Positions 46,807 through 56,160 of a stretch of 64,000 bases of DNA are shown in pieces; position 1 is the stretch's first letter; each line of letters starts with the position of its first letter. Below the pieces are notes generated by a model. The model made no database searches. It had not been told where the DNA came from and saw only the letters and a program-made list of their open reading frames with translations. The DNA is from Bacteroidota bacterium (GTDB lineage: Bacteria > Bacteroidota > Bacteroidia > Bacteroidales > F082), in contig JAHIUX010000008.1 of the NCBI GenBank assembly GCA_018816765.1, positions 49,964 through 113,963 of the forward strand, read 5' to 3'. The position numbers were made by a program, and so were the translations under genes.

Positions 46807-47961
46807 ATGTACCCACGATTAAGTGATTTTGTGAATGATATGCTCGGAACAAAGGTCGAATGGCCTGTTCAGAGTTATGGTTTTTTTCTTGCAATGGCTT
46901 TTGTTGCCGGAGCATGGTTTCTGCGCCTAGAGCTAAAACGGGGGGAGACTCAGGGAAGCATCCGTGGCAGGGTTTCGAAAACAACAAATTCCAGGTCAGG
47001 CCTGATTGATTATGCGATTTCTTTTCTGGTTGGCTTTATCATCGGTTTCAAGGTGTATTTGCTGGCCACCGATTACAATACGTTTGTTGAAGATCCCCAG
47101 TCGGCGCTATTTTCGATGAAAGGGAATGTGTTTGCTGGATTTTTGCTCGCTGCCGCCATGGTAGGTTGGACCTATTACACCGATCACCGTTCACGAAACA
47201 AAATGGTAAGTGATCAGTTTATTCATCCCTATGAGCTCACACCGGTGATCGTGCTGATTGCTGCGGTGACCGGGATTCTTGGTGCTAAACTCTTTCATAT
47301 TCTCGAAAATCTGCAAGCTTTTGCAGGCAATCCAGCGGGTATGCTGTTCACCTTCGACGGGCTTACATTTTATGGCGGATTGCTCACTGCTGCCTTTGCT
47401 GTCGCCTGGTACGGACAAAAAAACGGGATTCACTGGCGGCAGTTAGGCGATATGATTGCACCCAGCCTGATCCTTGCCTATGGCATTGGACGCATCGGCT
47501 GTCAGTTTGCCGGTGATGGCGACTGGGGAATAGTGAACACCATGCCAAAACCAGCATGGCTGTCATTAATACCCGATTGGCTCTGGGCCTACCATTATCC
47601 GCACAACATCCTTGGCGAAGGAATACCTATTGCCGGATGCACTGGCCGCTATTGTTTTCAGCTCGAACAGCCCGTTTTTCCCACTCCGGTTTATGAAACC
47701 ATCATGAGCCTGGCATTATTTGCCATCCTTTGGCTGATACGCAAGCGACTTGCTGTTCCAGGCATGCTGTTTGCTGTTTACCTGATATTGAACGGGATGG
47801 AACGTTTTTTAATCGAGCAAATCCGGATTAACAATACCTTAGACCTGTTTGGTATTATGGTAACGCAAGCCCAGCTTATTTCAACAGGCCTCATCCTTAC
47901 AGGGATCGTGCTACTAGTAATTTTTCAAAAACACCCTGAGATAAAATCAATGCCCTCATGA
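46807..47961 (+). CDS. lgt: prolipoprotein diacylglyceryl transferase
   Basis: Polytopic. SYGFFLAMAFVAG N-terminus, FYGGLL, GRIGCQFAGDGDWG Lgt-type motifs. Long (384 aa), as in many Bacteroidota. Confidence 0.8.
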   Translation: MYPRLSDFVNDMLGTKVEWPVQSYGFFLAMAFVAGAWFLRLELKRGETQGSIRGRVSKTTNSRSGLIDYAISFLVGFIIGFKVYLLATDYNTFVEDPQSALFSMKGNVFAGFLLAAAMVGWTYYTDHRSRNKMVSDQFIHPYELTPVIVLIAAVTGILGAKLFHILENLQAFAGNPAGMLFTFDGLTFYGGLLTAAFAVAWYGQKNGIHWRQLGDMIAPSLILAYGIGRIGCQFAGDGDWGIVNTMPKPAWLSLIPDWLWAYHYPHNILGEGIPIAGCTGRYCFQLEQPVFPTPVYETIMSLALFAILWLIRKRLAVPGMLFAVYLILNGMERFLIEQIRINNTLDLFGIMVTQAQLISTGLILTGIVLLVIFQKHPEIKSMPS

Positions 47962-48755
47962 TTGTAGATTACCAACTACTTACAACAGAAGTTATTTTGC
48001 TGAGCCGGAGGGTGGGTGGCTTTATCAGGGAGCAGCGTCAGGTATTTCAATTCAGTTATGTAGAAGAAAAGGGGCTGCACGACCTTGTTTCTTATGTTGA
48101 CAGGCAGGCTGAACAGATGCTGATCGAAGGGTTGCAGGCATTGCTTCCCGAATCAGGATTCATTGCTGAGGAAAGTGGCACAAAACCAGGCAACAAGTAT
48201 TGCTGGATTGTTGACCCGCTGGATGGTACCACCAACTTTGTGCATGGAGTTCCTGTGTTTGCCATCAGTATTGCGCTTCAATACCTTGATCAGACGGTTG
48301 TTGGACTTGTGTACGAAATCAACCTTGATGAGTGTTTTTATGCGTTTCAGGGTGGAAAAGCCATGCTCAACGGAGTGGAAATCAGCGTGAGTAAAGCCGC
48401 CAGCCTCGACAAGAGTCTGCTGGCGACAGGTTTTCCATATTATGATTTCACACGCCTAAAACCTTATATGGGTTTGTTTGCCGAGCTGGTTGAAACAAGC
48501 CGGGGAATGCGCAGGCTAGGCTCGGCAGCCGTTGACCTGGCCTATGTGGCGTGTGGCCGTTTCGAAGCTTTTTATGAGTATGGGCTTCATCCGTGGGATG
48601 TGGCTGCAGGTGCGTTTATTGTGACACAGGCAGGAGGGAGGCTGAGTGACTTCAACGGTGGTAAGGAAGTTGTTTTTGGAAAAGAAATTCTCGCTACCAA
48701 CGGACTTGTTCATGATGAATTTCTTGTCCGCACGGCGAAGTACTTTGGCAAATAA
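47958..48755 (+). CDS. suhB: inositol monophosphatase-family protein
   Basis: EESG, VDPLDGTTNF, WDVAAG motifs. ATGA overlap with lgt. Confidence 0.85.
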   Translation: MIVDYQLLTTEVILLSRRVGGFIREQRQVFQFSYVEEKGLHDLVSYVDRQAEQMLIEGLQALLPESGFIAEESGTKPGNKYCWIVDPLDGTTNFVHGVPVFAISIALQYLDQTVVGLVYEINLDECFYAFQGGKAMLNGVEISVSKAASLDKSLLATGFPYYDFTRLKPYMGLFAELVETSRGMRRLGSAAVDLAYVACGRFEAFYEYGLHPWDVAAGAFIVTQAGGRLSDFNGGKEVVFGKEILATNGLVHDEFLVRTAKYFGK

Positions 48756-48756
48756 T

Positions 48757-49971
48757 CTATTTGCGTGGCTTGCTGTTGCGTCTTGGGATGAACTTCCTTT
48801 TTCCCGGACTTCGTTTGAAATCTTCCGGTTTGGGCCCTTCTCCAAGTCCTTCTGGCAATTTAAGCTTGATCACCGTGCTTTGAATCAATTGCTCGATGCG
48901 GGTGAACTTGCCGTATTCGTTTTCATTGATGAAGGTAATTGCGAGGCCTGATTTTTCGGCCCTAGCCGTACGCCCCACGCGGTGAACATAATCTTCGGCA
49001 TCGCCGGGAACATTAAAGTTAATCACCAGGCTAATGTCGTCGATGTCGATTCCACGCGATACAATGTCAGTTGCGACGAGAATTTGTATTTCCCTGTTTT
49101 TGAATTGATTCAACACCTCTTTGCGCTGCTCCTGCTCAAGGTCAGAATGGATGGCCTTGACATTGAATGCACGCTGTTTAAGCGCTTTCTCGAGTTCCTT
49201 CACATGGTTCTTTGTGGCAGAAAAGATCAGAATTAATGGCAGGTCGCGCTTTGCAATCAGGCTCTCGATCAATGGAATTTTCTGATGGTCATATACAAAA
49301 TAAGCACCCTGTAACACATTTTCAGCCGGCTTTGAAACGGCCAGGTTGATTTCCTCGTGATTGATCAGTATCCCTGATGCCAGTCGCCTGATTTCGGCAG
49401 GCATCGTAGCTGAAAACATCAGCGATTGCCTTGTTTTTGGTAAATGGCTCAGGATCTTTTGAATATCAGGAAGAAAGCCCATATCAAGCATCCTGTCAGC
49501 TTCATCCATGATGAAGTGTTTCAGTCCGCTGAAATCGACATAACCCATATTGAGGTGCGAGATCAGACGGCCTGGCGTGGCAACGATGATTTCAGCTCCG
49601 GAAGTAAGTGCCTTTTTCTCAGCTTCGTAATCCATACCGGTGCCACCACCGTAGATGGCAATGGAACTGATGCCGGTGAAGTACGAAAATCCCTCCATTT
49701 GCTGGTCTATCTGGATGGCAAGTTCCCGCGTCGGGGCAATAATCAGGGCTTTGACCTTGTCGTTTCGTTCAGCTGCAGTGATGATCTGATGGATCACAGG
49801 AAGCAAATAGGCAGCTGTTTTTCCTGTGCCAGTCTGTGCACAGGCAATAAGGTCTTTGCCTTCAAGAATAATGGGAATGGCCAGTTCCTGTATTGGGCTG
49901 GGGGCGGTATAGCCGATAGCAGCTATGCCTTCGTTGACGGACTGATTGAGCTTGAAATCTTCAAAATGCAA
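48757..49971 (-). CDS. DEAD-box ATP-dependent RNA helicase
   Basis: AQTGTGKT, PTRELA, MDEADRMLD, SAT, HRVGRTARA motifs. Basic C-terminal tail. Confidence 0.93.
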   Translation of the reverse strand: MHFEDFKLNQSVNEGIAAIGYTAPSPIQELAIPIILEGKDLIACAQTGTGKTAAYLLPVIHQIITAAERNDKVKALIIAPTRELAIQIDQQMEGFSYFTGISSIAIYGGGTGMDYEAEKKALTSGAEIIVATPGRLISHLNMGYVDFSGLKHFIMDEADRMLDMGFLPDIQKILSHLPKTRQSLMFSATMPAEIRRLASGILINHEEINLAVSKPAENVLQGAYFVYDHQKIPLIESLIAKRDLPLILIFSATKNHVKELEKALKQRAFNVKAIHSDLEQEQRKEVLNQFKNREIQILVATDIVSRGIDIDDISLVINFNVPGDAEDYVHRVGRTARAEKSGLAITFINENEYGKFTRIEQLIQSTVIKLKLPEGLGEGPKPEDFKRSPGKRKFIPRRNSKPRK

Positions 49972-50049
49972 GGAGGAAAGGTATTAGGTAATCACTGTTA
50001 AGCGCATGCAGAACCTGTTAATCGGTCCGTTTGGTATGCTGACTTTTTG

Positions 50050-50057
50050 CAAAGGTA
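50050..50057 (-). promoter_or_regulatory. Bacteroidota -7 promoter box (TACCTTTG on the minus strand) of the DEAD-box helicase
   Basis: CAAAGGTA on the plus strand, 79 nt upstream of the ATG at 49971. Confidence 0.35.
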
Positions 50058-50113
50058 CAATTATTCACTGTATTCTTGATATTTGCTGTGATTCCAAATT
50101 TACAACAGTTTCT

Positions 50114-52378
50114 TTAAATGGATTTGTTCTCCAGGTATTTTGCGGCAATGGCCATTTGACCTAAGGCAATGCCGCCATCGTTGGACGGAACAGCAGATTG
50201 TGAGAAAACCTCAAAACCCTGCTCAGATAACAATTGTTCACAAACCGATAACAGGTATTTGTTCTGGAAGCTGCCACCAGAAAGAACCACTTTTTTGCAC
50301 CCGGACTCGGTGTTCATTTTTCGGGCAATTGTGAGCACTATACTGACAATGGTGTTGTGAAATTTCGCACTGATGACGGCCTGGTCCACATTTGCGTGTA
50401 TGTCTTTGATCAATTGGTAAAACATCTTTCTGAAAACGATTCTGTTTTCGATAACCTCCACAAGATACTTACCTTTAATACCCTTTGCCATGATGGATTC
50501 AAGCATCATGGGTGCTTCGGCATGAAATTTCGTCTGCGTGCACAGCCCGGTTAATGCTGCAACGGCATCGAACAAACGTCCTGCACCTGAGCTCAAGGGG
50601 CAATTAAGGTTCCTGTCGAGGGCCTGAAGCACAAGGTCCAATTCTTCAGGGTCAATACCGGAAAGAAAGGGCAAGGTGTTCCAGTTTGCCTGAGGACCCA
50701 TATACTTATGCAAATAAGAAACAGCTGTGCGCCAGGGGTAAGCGGTCACCAGATCGCCTCCCGGAAGCGGAACAGGATCAAAATAACAGCTTCGCTGAAA
50801 GCTGCTCAGGTCGGCAGTTAGAAACTCACCGCCCCAGATTGTGCCATCAGGGCCATAACCGGTGCCGTCAAAGGCAATGCCAATGACTTGTTCATCGAGC
50901 CCGTTTTCGGCCATACAGGAGGCGATATGTGCATGATGGTGCTGAATTTCGAGTGTTTCAACGCCAAGTGAGCGGGCAAACTGAGAGGAGAGGTAATCAG
51001 GATGCAAGTCGCAGGCAACCAAACCGGGTTGAAACCTGAAAAGGGCAGTGAACCTTTGGTACGATTCTTCATAAAAGGCAAGGGTTTCCGCATTTTTCAG
51101 GTCACCGATATGCTGGCTTAGGATAGCCTGACTTCCTTTGCCAATGGCAAAAGTGTTCACAAGTTCAGCGCCGGCAGCGAAGATGCCTTCCGTGTTTAGT
51201 TGAAGGTTGACGGGTGAAGGTGCCCAGCCCCTTGATCGCCTGATCAGCCGGTCTTTTCCGTTGATCACCATGGCAACAGAATCATCGGTTCTGTTGTGAA
51301 TTTCACGGTTATAGCTCACAACCACATCTGCAACTTCAAACAGCTTTTCGAGGGCTAATGCATCAGAAATAGTCACGGGCTCATCGCTGAGGTTCCCGCT
51401 GGTGAGCACAATCACTTCGGTTTTTACAAGCTCAAACAACTGAAAATGAATTGGCATATAGGGCAATACAAGTCCGGTGCTGTTTAAGCCTTTACTCACC
51501 GAAGCCGCAAGTGGATTTCTGTTGTTTAACAGCACGATGGGACGTCGCCATGATAGCAACAAGCCTGCTTCCTGCTCTGATACCTGAAAATAGTCTCTGG
51601 CCTTCTCAAGCGAGCCTGTCATCACTGCCATAGGTTTCCCTTCGCGGTTTTTCCGTTCCCGAAGAAGTGCAACGGCATCTTCATTCAGGGCATCACACAC
51701 AAAGTGATAACCACCAATGCCCTTTAATGCTACGATTAAACCCTGGTCAATGTATTGGGATAGCTGTTCAACAATGTGGTTATTCATTGGTGCATCAAGG
51801 CCCTTGCGGAACATGGTATAGTGAGGGCCGCAATGCAAACAGGCCACTGGCTGCGCATGAAACCGGCGATCGAGGATGTTGGTGTATTCCTGTTTGCAGG
51901 TTTCGCACATGACAAAGGGTTCCATGGTGGTCAGGTGCCTGTCGTATGGAAGGGCTTTGATGATTGAAAACCGTGGACCGCAATTCGTGCAGTTGATAAA
52001 AGGATAGGCAATGCGGTGTGCCTGGGTGCGCATATCGCTCAGGCAATCGCTGCATACAGCAATGTCAGGACTCACTTCAGTCACGGCGTCGGAAACACTG
52101 CTGCTTTTCCGGATATTGAAATCAGGATAGCCGTCAAATGCTTTTTCCGAAACTTCAATTGAGTTTATCAGTGAGGCAGGTGGTGCCAGTTGCCTGATGT
52201 CGGCTATAAACTGAGTTAGGTTTTCGTGTCTGGCCTCAGCCATTATGCGCACACCTTCGTTGTTGTTTTCGACCCAGCCCCTGATATCGTTGGCCAGTGC
52301 AATGCGGTATATGAATGGCCTGAATCCAACACCCTGAACCAATCCCTGAATCCTGATGTCCCATGAAATCAGGCCCAT
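50114..52378 (-). CDS. hypF: carbamoyltransferase HypF
   Basis: N-terminal acylphosphatase domain (IQGLVQGVGFRPFIYRIA). Two pairs of CxxC zinc fingers (CSDC...CTNCGPRFS, CETC...CLHCGP). YrdC-like and Kae1-like C-terminal domains. 754 aa. Confidence 0.94.
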   Translation of the reverse strand: MGLISWDIRIQGLVQGVGFRPFIYRIALANDIRGWVENNNEGVRIMAEARHENLTQFIADIRQLAPPASLINSIEVSEKAFDGYPDFNIRKSSSVSDAVTEVSPDIAVCSDCLSDMRTQAHRIAYPFINCTNCGPRFSIIKALPYDRHLTTMEPFVMCETCKQEYTNILDRRFHAQPVACLHCGPHYTMFRKGLDAPMNNHIVEQLSQYIDQGLIVALKGIGGYHFVCDALNEDAVALLRERKNREGKPMAVMTGSLEKARDYFQVSEQEAGLLLSWRRPIVLLNNRNPLAASVSKGLNSTGLVLPYMPIHFQLFELVKTEVIVLTSGNLSDEPVTISDALALEKLFEVADVVVSYNREIHNRTDDSVAMVINGKDRLIRRSRGWAPSPVNLQLNTEGIFAAGAELVNTFAIGKGSQAILSQHIGDLKNAETLAFYEESYQRFTALFRFQPGLVACDLHPDYLSSQFARSLGVETLEIQHHHAHIASCMAENGLDEQVIGIAFDGTGYGPDGTIWGGEFLTADLSSFQRSCYFDPVPLPGGDLVTAYPWRTAVSYLHKYMGPQANWNTLPFLSGIDPEELDLVLQALDRNLNCPLSSGAGRLFDAVAALTGLCTQTKFHAEAPMMLESIMAKGIKGKYLVEVIENRIVFRKMFYQLIKDIHANVDQAVISAKFHNTIVSIVLTIARKMNTESGCKKVVLSGGSFQNKYLLSVCEQLLSEQGFEVFSQSAVPSNDGGIALGQMAIAAKYLENKSI

Positions 52379-52436
52379 GACACACGGTATTTATGTTGAA
52401 TCCTTAATATGCTGTACCGATATTTTATCTTGTGAA

Positions 52437-53267
52437 TCATAGTCCTCCGATATGAATCAGTTCTGTGCGTGCCATCCTGGGTAAGGTCCTGATGCTTGTG
52501 TCCGGATGAAGGTTTATGTTCTGTTCGGTCAGTCTATTTCTGAGCGTGCTCAGCACTAGATTAGCTGTGTTGTTGTGCTCACTCAGGTGGCACAACAGGA
52601 TGTGTTTCATGCCAGGGTGGTAATTTTCAGCCAGAAAATCAGCTGTTTGATTGTTGCCAAGGTGGCCTTTGTCGCCCCTGATTCTGTTTTGCAGGTAAAC
52701 TGGATATCTTCCGTTGGTCAGCATTTCTTCATCGTAGTTGGATTCAAGCACCAACATACTTGCCTTTTTCAGGTAATGGCCCGCTCGATCCCCGATATGA
52801 CCGAGGTCAGTGGCCAGGCACAGGCTGTGGTGGCTGTTCAGCACATGAAAGCCTACAGCACCGCTCGCATCGTGCGAAACGCTGAACGGGGTTATTTGAA
52901 ACCCAATCAAAAGCAGGGTTTTTTCTTCGGTTATGGGGCAGTGTTTTTCGGGCGATATGTCGCTGGTGGCGCGGTTATTGCTGATGCCTTCCCAGGTTTC
53001 CTTTGTGGCATACACCGGCAGGTTCATTGAGTTGACAAGCGCACTTAGTCCCCGGATATGGTCGATGTGATCGTGGGTGATAAACACGGCTTTAACCTGT
53101 TTGAGGGCAACACCGATTTCTTTCAGCCGCTTACGGATGCTCCTCAGGCCAATGCCTGCATCAATCAGTATGCCTTCGTCGCCATTGCCCACATAATAGC
53201 AATTTCCATTGCTGCCACTGGCAAGGCTGCAGAAAACAAAGGGTGATAATGCGGAAAAAAGGTCCAT
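52437..53267 (-). CDS. MBL-fold metallo-hydrolase (YycJ-like)
   Basis: Start at MDLFSALSPFVFCSLASGSNGNCYYVG. FITHDHIDHI (HxHxDH). About 276 aa. Confidence 0.8.
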   Translation of the reverse strand: MDLFSALSPFVFCSLASGSNGNCYYVGNGDEGILIDAGIGLRSIRKRLKEIGVALKQVKAVFITHDHIDHIRGLSALVNSMNLPVYATKETWEGISNNRATSDISPEKHCPITEEKTLLLIGFQITPFSVSHDASGAVGFHVLNSHHSLCLATDLGHIGDRAGHYLKKASMLVLESNYDEEMLTNGRYPVYLQNRIRGDKGHLGNNQTADFLAENYHPGMKHILLCHLSEHNNTANLVLSTLRNRLTEQNINLHPDTSIRTLPRMARTELIHIGGL

Positions 53268-53345
53268 CAGCAGTTGTTGAATTCGCGGCAAAAGTACAGT
53301 TTATTGCGCATTTTTTGCGACTTTTGCCAAAACACAACACGCACC

Positions 53346-54386
53346 ATGTCGGAAATGAATTTTAATCCTAGCTCAGCTGCTGTAATGGATTCAGGACTTT
53401 TTGGTTTACCATTTGACGAAAACCAATCTTTGATTATCATTATCCCAGTGCCCTGGGAACTCACAGTCAGTTATGGCAAAGGAACGGCTTCAGGGCCGGA
53501 AGCCATACGCGAAGCTTCCATGCAGATTGATCTCTACAACCACAATTATCCTGAGCTGTGGAAAAAAGGCATCTGGCTGGATCAATTTCCTGATGAATTA
53601 AGCATGCTTCACATTGAATTGAGGCATCAGGCCGATGCAATCATCGAAGCAATCGAGCAAGGTATTGATGTTGAAACACTTCCTGAGTTTCAGCAACGCT
53701 ACGAACAGATCAATGCAGGAACCGAAAAAATGCAGGCCTGGCTGTTTGACCGCATTCGCTTCTGGCGTTCTCAAAACAAGGTTGTTGGTTTGTTGGGTGG
53801 CGACCATAGCATTCCACTGGCCTTTCACCGTTTGCTTTCAGCCGAGCAGGAACATTACGGCATCCTGATGGTTGATGCCCACCTTGATTTACGGAATTCC
53901 TATGAAGGTTTTAGGTTTTCTCATGCCTCTATTTTTTACAATGCACTACAAATGAACACGGTGGAGAAACTGGTGCAGGTTAGTATCCGCGACTATTGCC
54001 ATGAAGAAGTGCAGTTTATAAGAAGCAACACTGAACGGATTAAGGTGTTTTTTGACCGTGATCTGCGCAATGAACAATACGAAGGAAAGCGCTGGCAGCA
54101 ACAGGTTGACGAAATGCTGGCCTTGCTCCCCGAAAAGGTATATGTTTCCATCGATATCGATGGCCTCGACCCAACCTTGTGCCCCAACACAGGTACACCT
54201 GTTCCTGGCGGACTGCAGTACGAGGAGCTGATGTACTTGCTTAATCGCCTGTTTGCTGCGAACAAGGAAATTGTTGGTTTCGATTTGTGTGAAGTGTCTC
54301 CCGGAGCCGATGGTCAATGGGACGGCAATGTTGGAGCTCGGGTGTTGTTTCAGCTTTGTGGCCTGGCCTCGCGCAGCTCCCGCTAA
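53346..54386 (+). CDS. arginase/agmatinase/formimidoylglutamase-family ureohydrolase
   Basis: Start at MSEMNFNP. GGDHSI, VDAHLDLR, SIDIDGLDP Mn-ligand motifs. Confidence 0.8.
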   Translation: MSEMNFNPSSAAVMDSGLFGLPFDENQSLIIIIPVPWELTVSYGKGTASGPEAIREASMQIDLYNHNYPELWKKGIWLDQFPDELSMLHIELRHQADAIIEAIEQGIDVETLPEFQQRYEQINAGTEKMQAWLFDRIRFWRSQNKVVGLLGGDHSIPLAFHRLLSAEQEHYGILMVDAHLDLRNSYEGFRFSHASIFYNALQMNTVEKLVQVSIRDYCHEEVQFIRSNTERIKVFFDRDLRNEQYEGKRWQQQVDEMLALLPEKVYVSIDIDGLDPTLCPNTGTPVPGGLQYEELMYLLNRLFAANKEIVGFDLCEVSPGADGQWDGNVGARVLFQLCGLASRSSR

Positions 54387-54636
54387 TGACTGAAATGTCT
54401 TGTTGTAAAATTTTCAGTAATATGCGTTTAATTGGTGACCTGCGTACTGGCATAAAATGAAATGCCGGGGAGAAGTATTTATGATCCAAATTGATACTTT
54501 CAATCCAATGTTCAGATCTGAATATCCCTCATAAATACCTTCCCCGGATTTCACACCACTTTAAAACACCAACTTAAACACTACTTAAAACAAAAATTGC
54601 CAAGTAGTCTGTCTTCAATATTTTTTTGTTTTACTA

Positions 54637-56118
54637 CTAATCCCATACCAAAGTGGCTACGGAAACACCCGGAATTGAATAGGTAATATTTTTTTTGTGT
54701 TGCGTTATTGTAAATGATTTTAAATCAAGTCCGTAGTTACAAAAGACCAGTACTTTGCTGCCATCAACATTGATAAAGCCAACGGCTTCTGCATTTGGCA
54801 GGCTTTGTGGTATTTGCACACCAACGCGCCTTGCACCAGGTCTGACAAATTTCGAGAAGTGCCCGATGGAGTAATACTCCTCGTTGTAAGTAAGCTTGCC
54901 ACTTCCTGTGTTTAGGGTAACCACCCCTCTACAATCCTGGCAACCGTTGTTTTTTGGCCCGTGATTCTGATCGAGCACAAGGTTCCACAACAGGGCTGTT
55001 TTCGACCAGTTGCGCGCAGTTCCGATGAAAATATTGCTCATATTCCACATCAGGTTGTCGTCAAAATTTGTTGCCCAATCACCTCCGGAAATTTCTGTAA
55101 AATACACATGTTTATCCGGAAAGGCATTCTTCACAGTACTCATCGCAGAAACATTACCGGCATAGGCGTGAAAAGCTGTTCCATCAATGTATTGGGAGGC
55201 TTCTGGATCATTCAGTATGCTGGTGGCATAATCCGTAACATCCCAGTTATGGTCGTAAAGTATGATTTTTGTCTGGAGTCCGGCAGCAGCAAAAGCTGGT
55301 CCCAGGCTGGTTTTAATGAATGCCTGCTGTTCGCCTGCCTGCATTTCCATACACGGATAGGCTGCACTAAAGTACAAAGGTTCATTTTGAGGTGTAACTG
55401 CATCAATATGAATACCCTCCGTTTGCATTGCCTGAATATATTTAACAAAATAAGCTGCATACACCTCATAACATTCCGGTTTAAGCTGACCACCTTTGAG
55501 GCTCTCATTGGTTTTCATCCATGCAGGCGGGCTCCAGGGAGTTCCCATAAGGCCAATTTCAGGGGCCAGCGTGGTTATTTCCTTCAACACAGGAACAACA
55601 TCGTCACGGTCCTGACCAAGGCTAAACTGGGCGAGCTCATAATCGGTATTGCCTTGTGCAAGGTCGTTGTAGGTGAAATCAGACAACGAAAAGTCGGAAG
55701 CTCCCATGGTCAGCCGCAAATAGGAAATGCCAATACCTGCATCAGCGTCAAACAAGTCCTTCAGCAAGGCCTGGCGTGTTGTTGCGTCCATCTTTTTATT
55801 GATCAGGTAAGCCGAAGAGCCGGTTAGTGCCGCGCCGTAGCCGTCAACTTCCTGAAACAGTATGCTGGTATCCATTTTGACCACCGGCCAGTTTGCCGGA
55901 GGCACAGGCTTCACTGAAAGGTCTGTCTGATGGCTCAACAGCCTGCTTTTATCACCCGATGTAACCCAAACCTGGGCTTTGGGCAAGCCATCATCCGGAT
56001 CAGGGCCTGGAGGAGATGTGGTATCCTTTCCATTACAACCCGATATCGCACCGAAAATCACCAGTAAAATGACAGTCAGTGTTGTGATTGTTACAGAAAA
56101 TGTTACCGCTTTTTTCAT
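54637..56118 (-). CDS. glycoside hydrolase family 30 lipoprotein (glucosylceramidase / beta-1,6-glucanase-like)
   Basis: Lipoprotein signal (...IFGAISGC). VDGYGAALTGSSAY, TPQNEP (acid/base) and YFTEISGG (nucleophile) motifs. Confidence 0.8.
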   Translation of the reverse strand: MKKAVTFSVTITTLTVILLVIFGAISGCNGKDTTSPPGPDPDDGLPKAQVWVTSGDKSRLLSHQTDLSVKPVPPANWPVVKMDTSILFQEVDGYGAALTGSSAYLINKKMDATTRQALLKDLFDADAGIGISYLRLTMGASDFSLSDFTYNDLAQGNTDYELAQFSLGQDRDDVVPVLKEITTLAPEIGLMGTPWSPPAWMKTNESLKGGQLKPECYEVYAAYFVKYIQAMQTEGIHIDAVTPQNEPLYFSAAYPCMEMQAGEQQAFIKTSLGPAFAAAGLQTKIILYDHNWDVTDYATSILNDPEASQYIDGTAFHAYAGNVSAMSTVKNAFPDKHVYFTEISGGDWATNFDDNLMWNMSNIFIGTARNWSKTALLWNLVLDQNHGPKNNGCQDCRGVVTLNTGSGKLTYNEEYYSIGHFSKFVRPGARRVGVQIPQSLPNAEAVGFINVDGSKVLVFCNYGLDLKSFTITQHKKNITYSIPGVSVATLVWD

Positions 56119-56160
56119 TGTATGGCGTGGTTGATGCAGTGCTTAAAATATGTCAAACGA

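Noticed and set aside
54961-55827. 288-aa ORF on the plus strand, the longest unannotated ORF in the track
   Set aside because: It lies entirely antisense to the GH30 gene, which has clear family motifs (NEP, TEISGG, lipoprotein signal). Its translation is low-complexity, rich in Cys, His and Arg, and has no recognisable domain. It is a typical shadow ORF.
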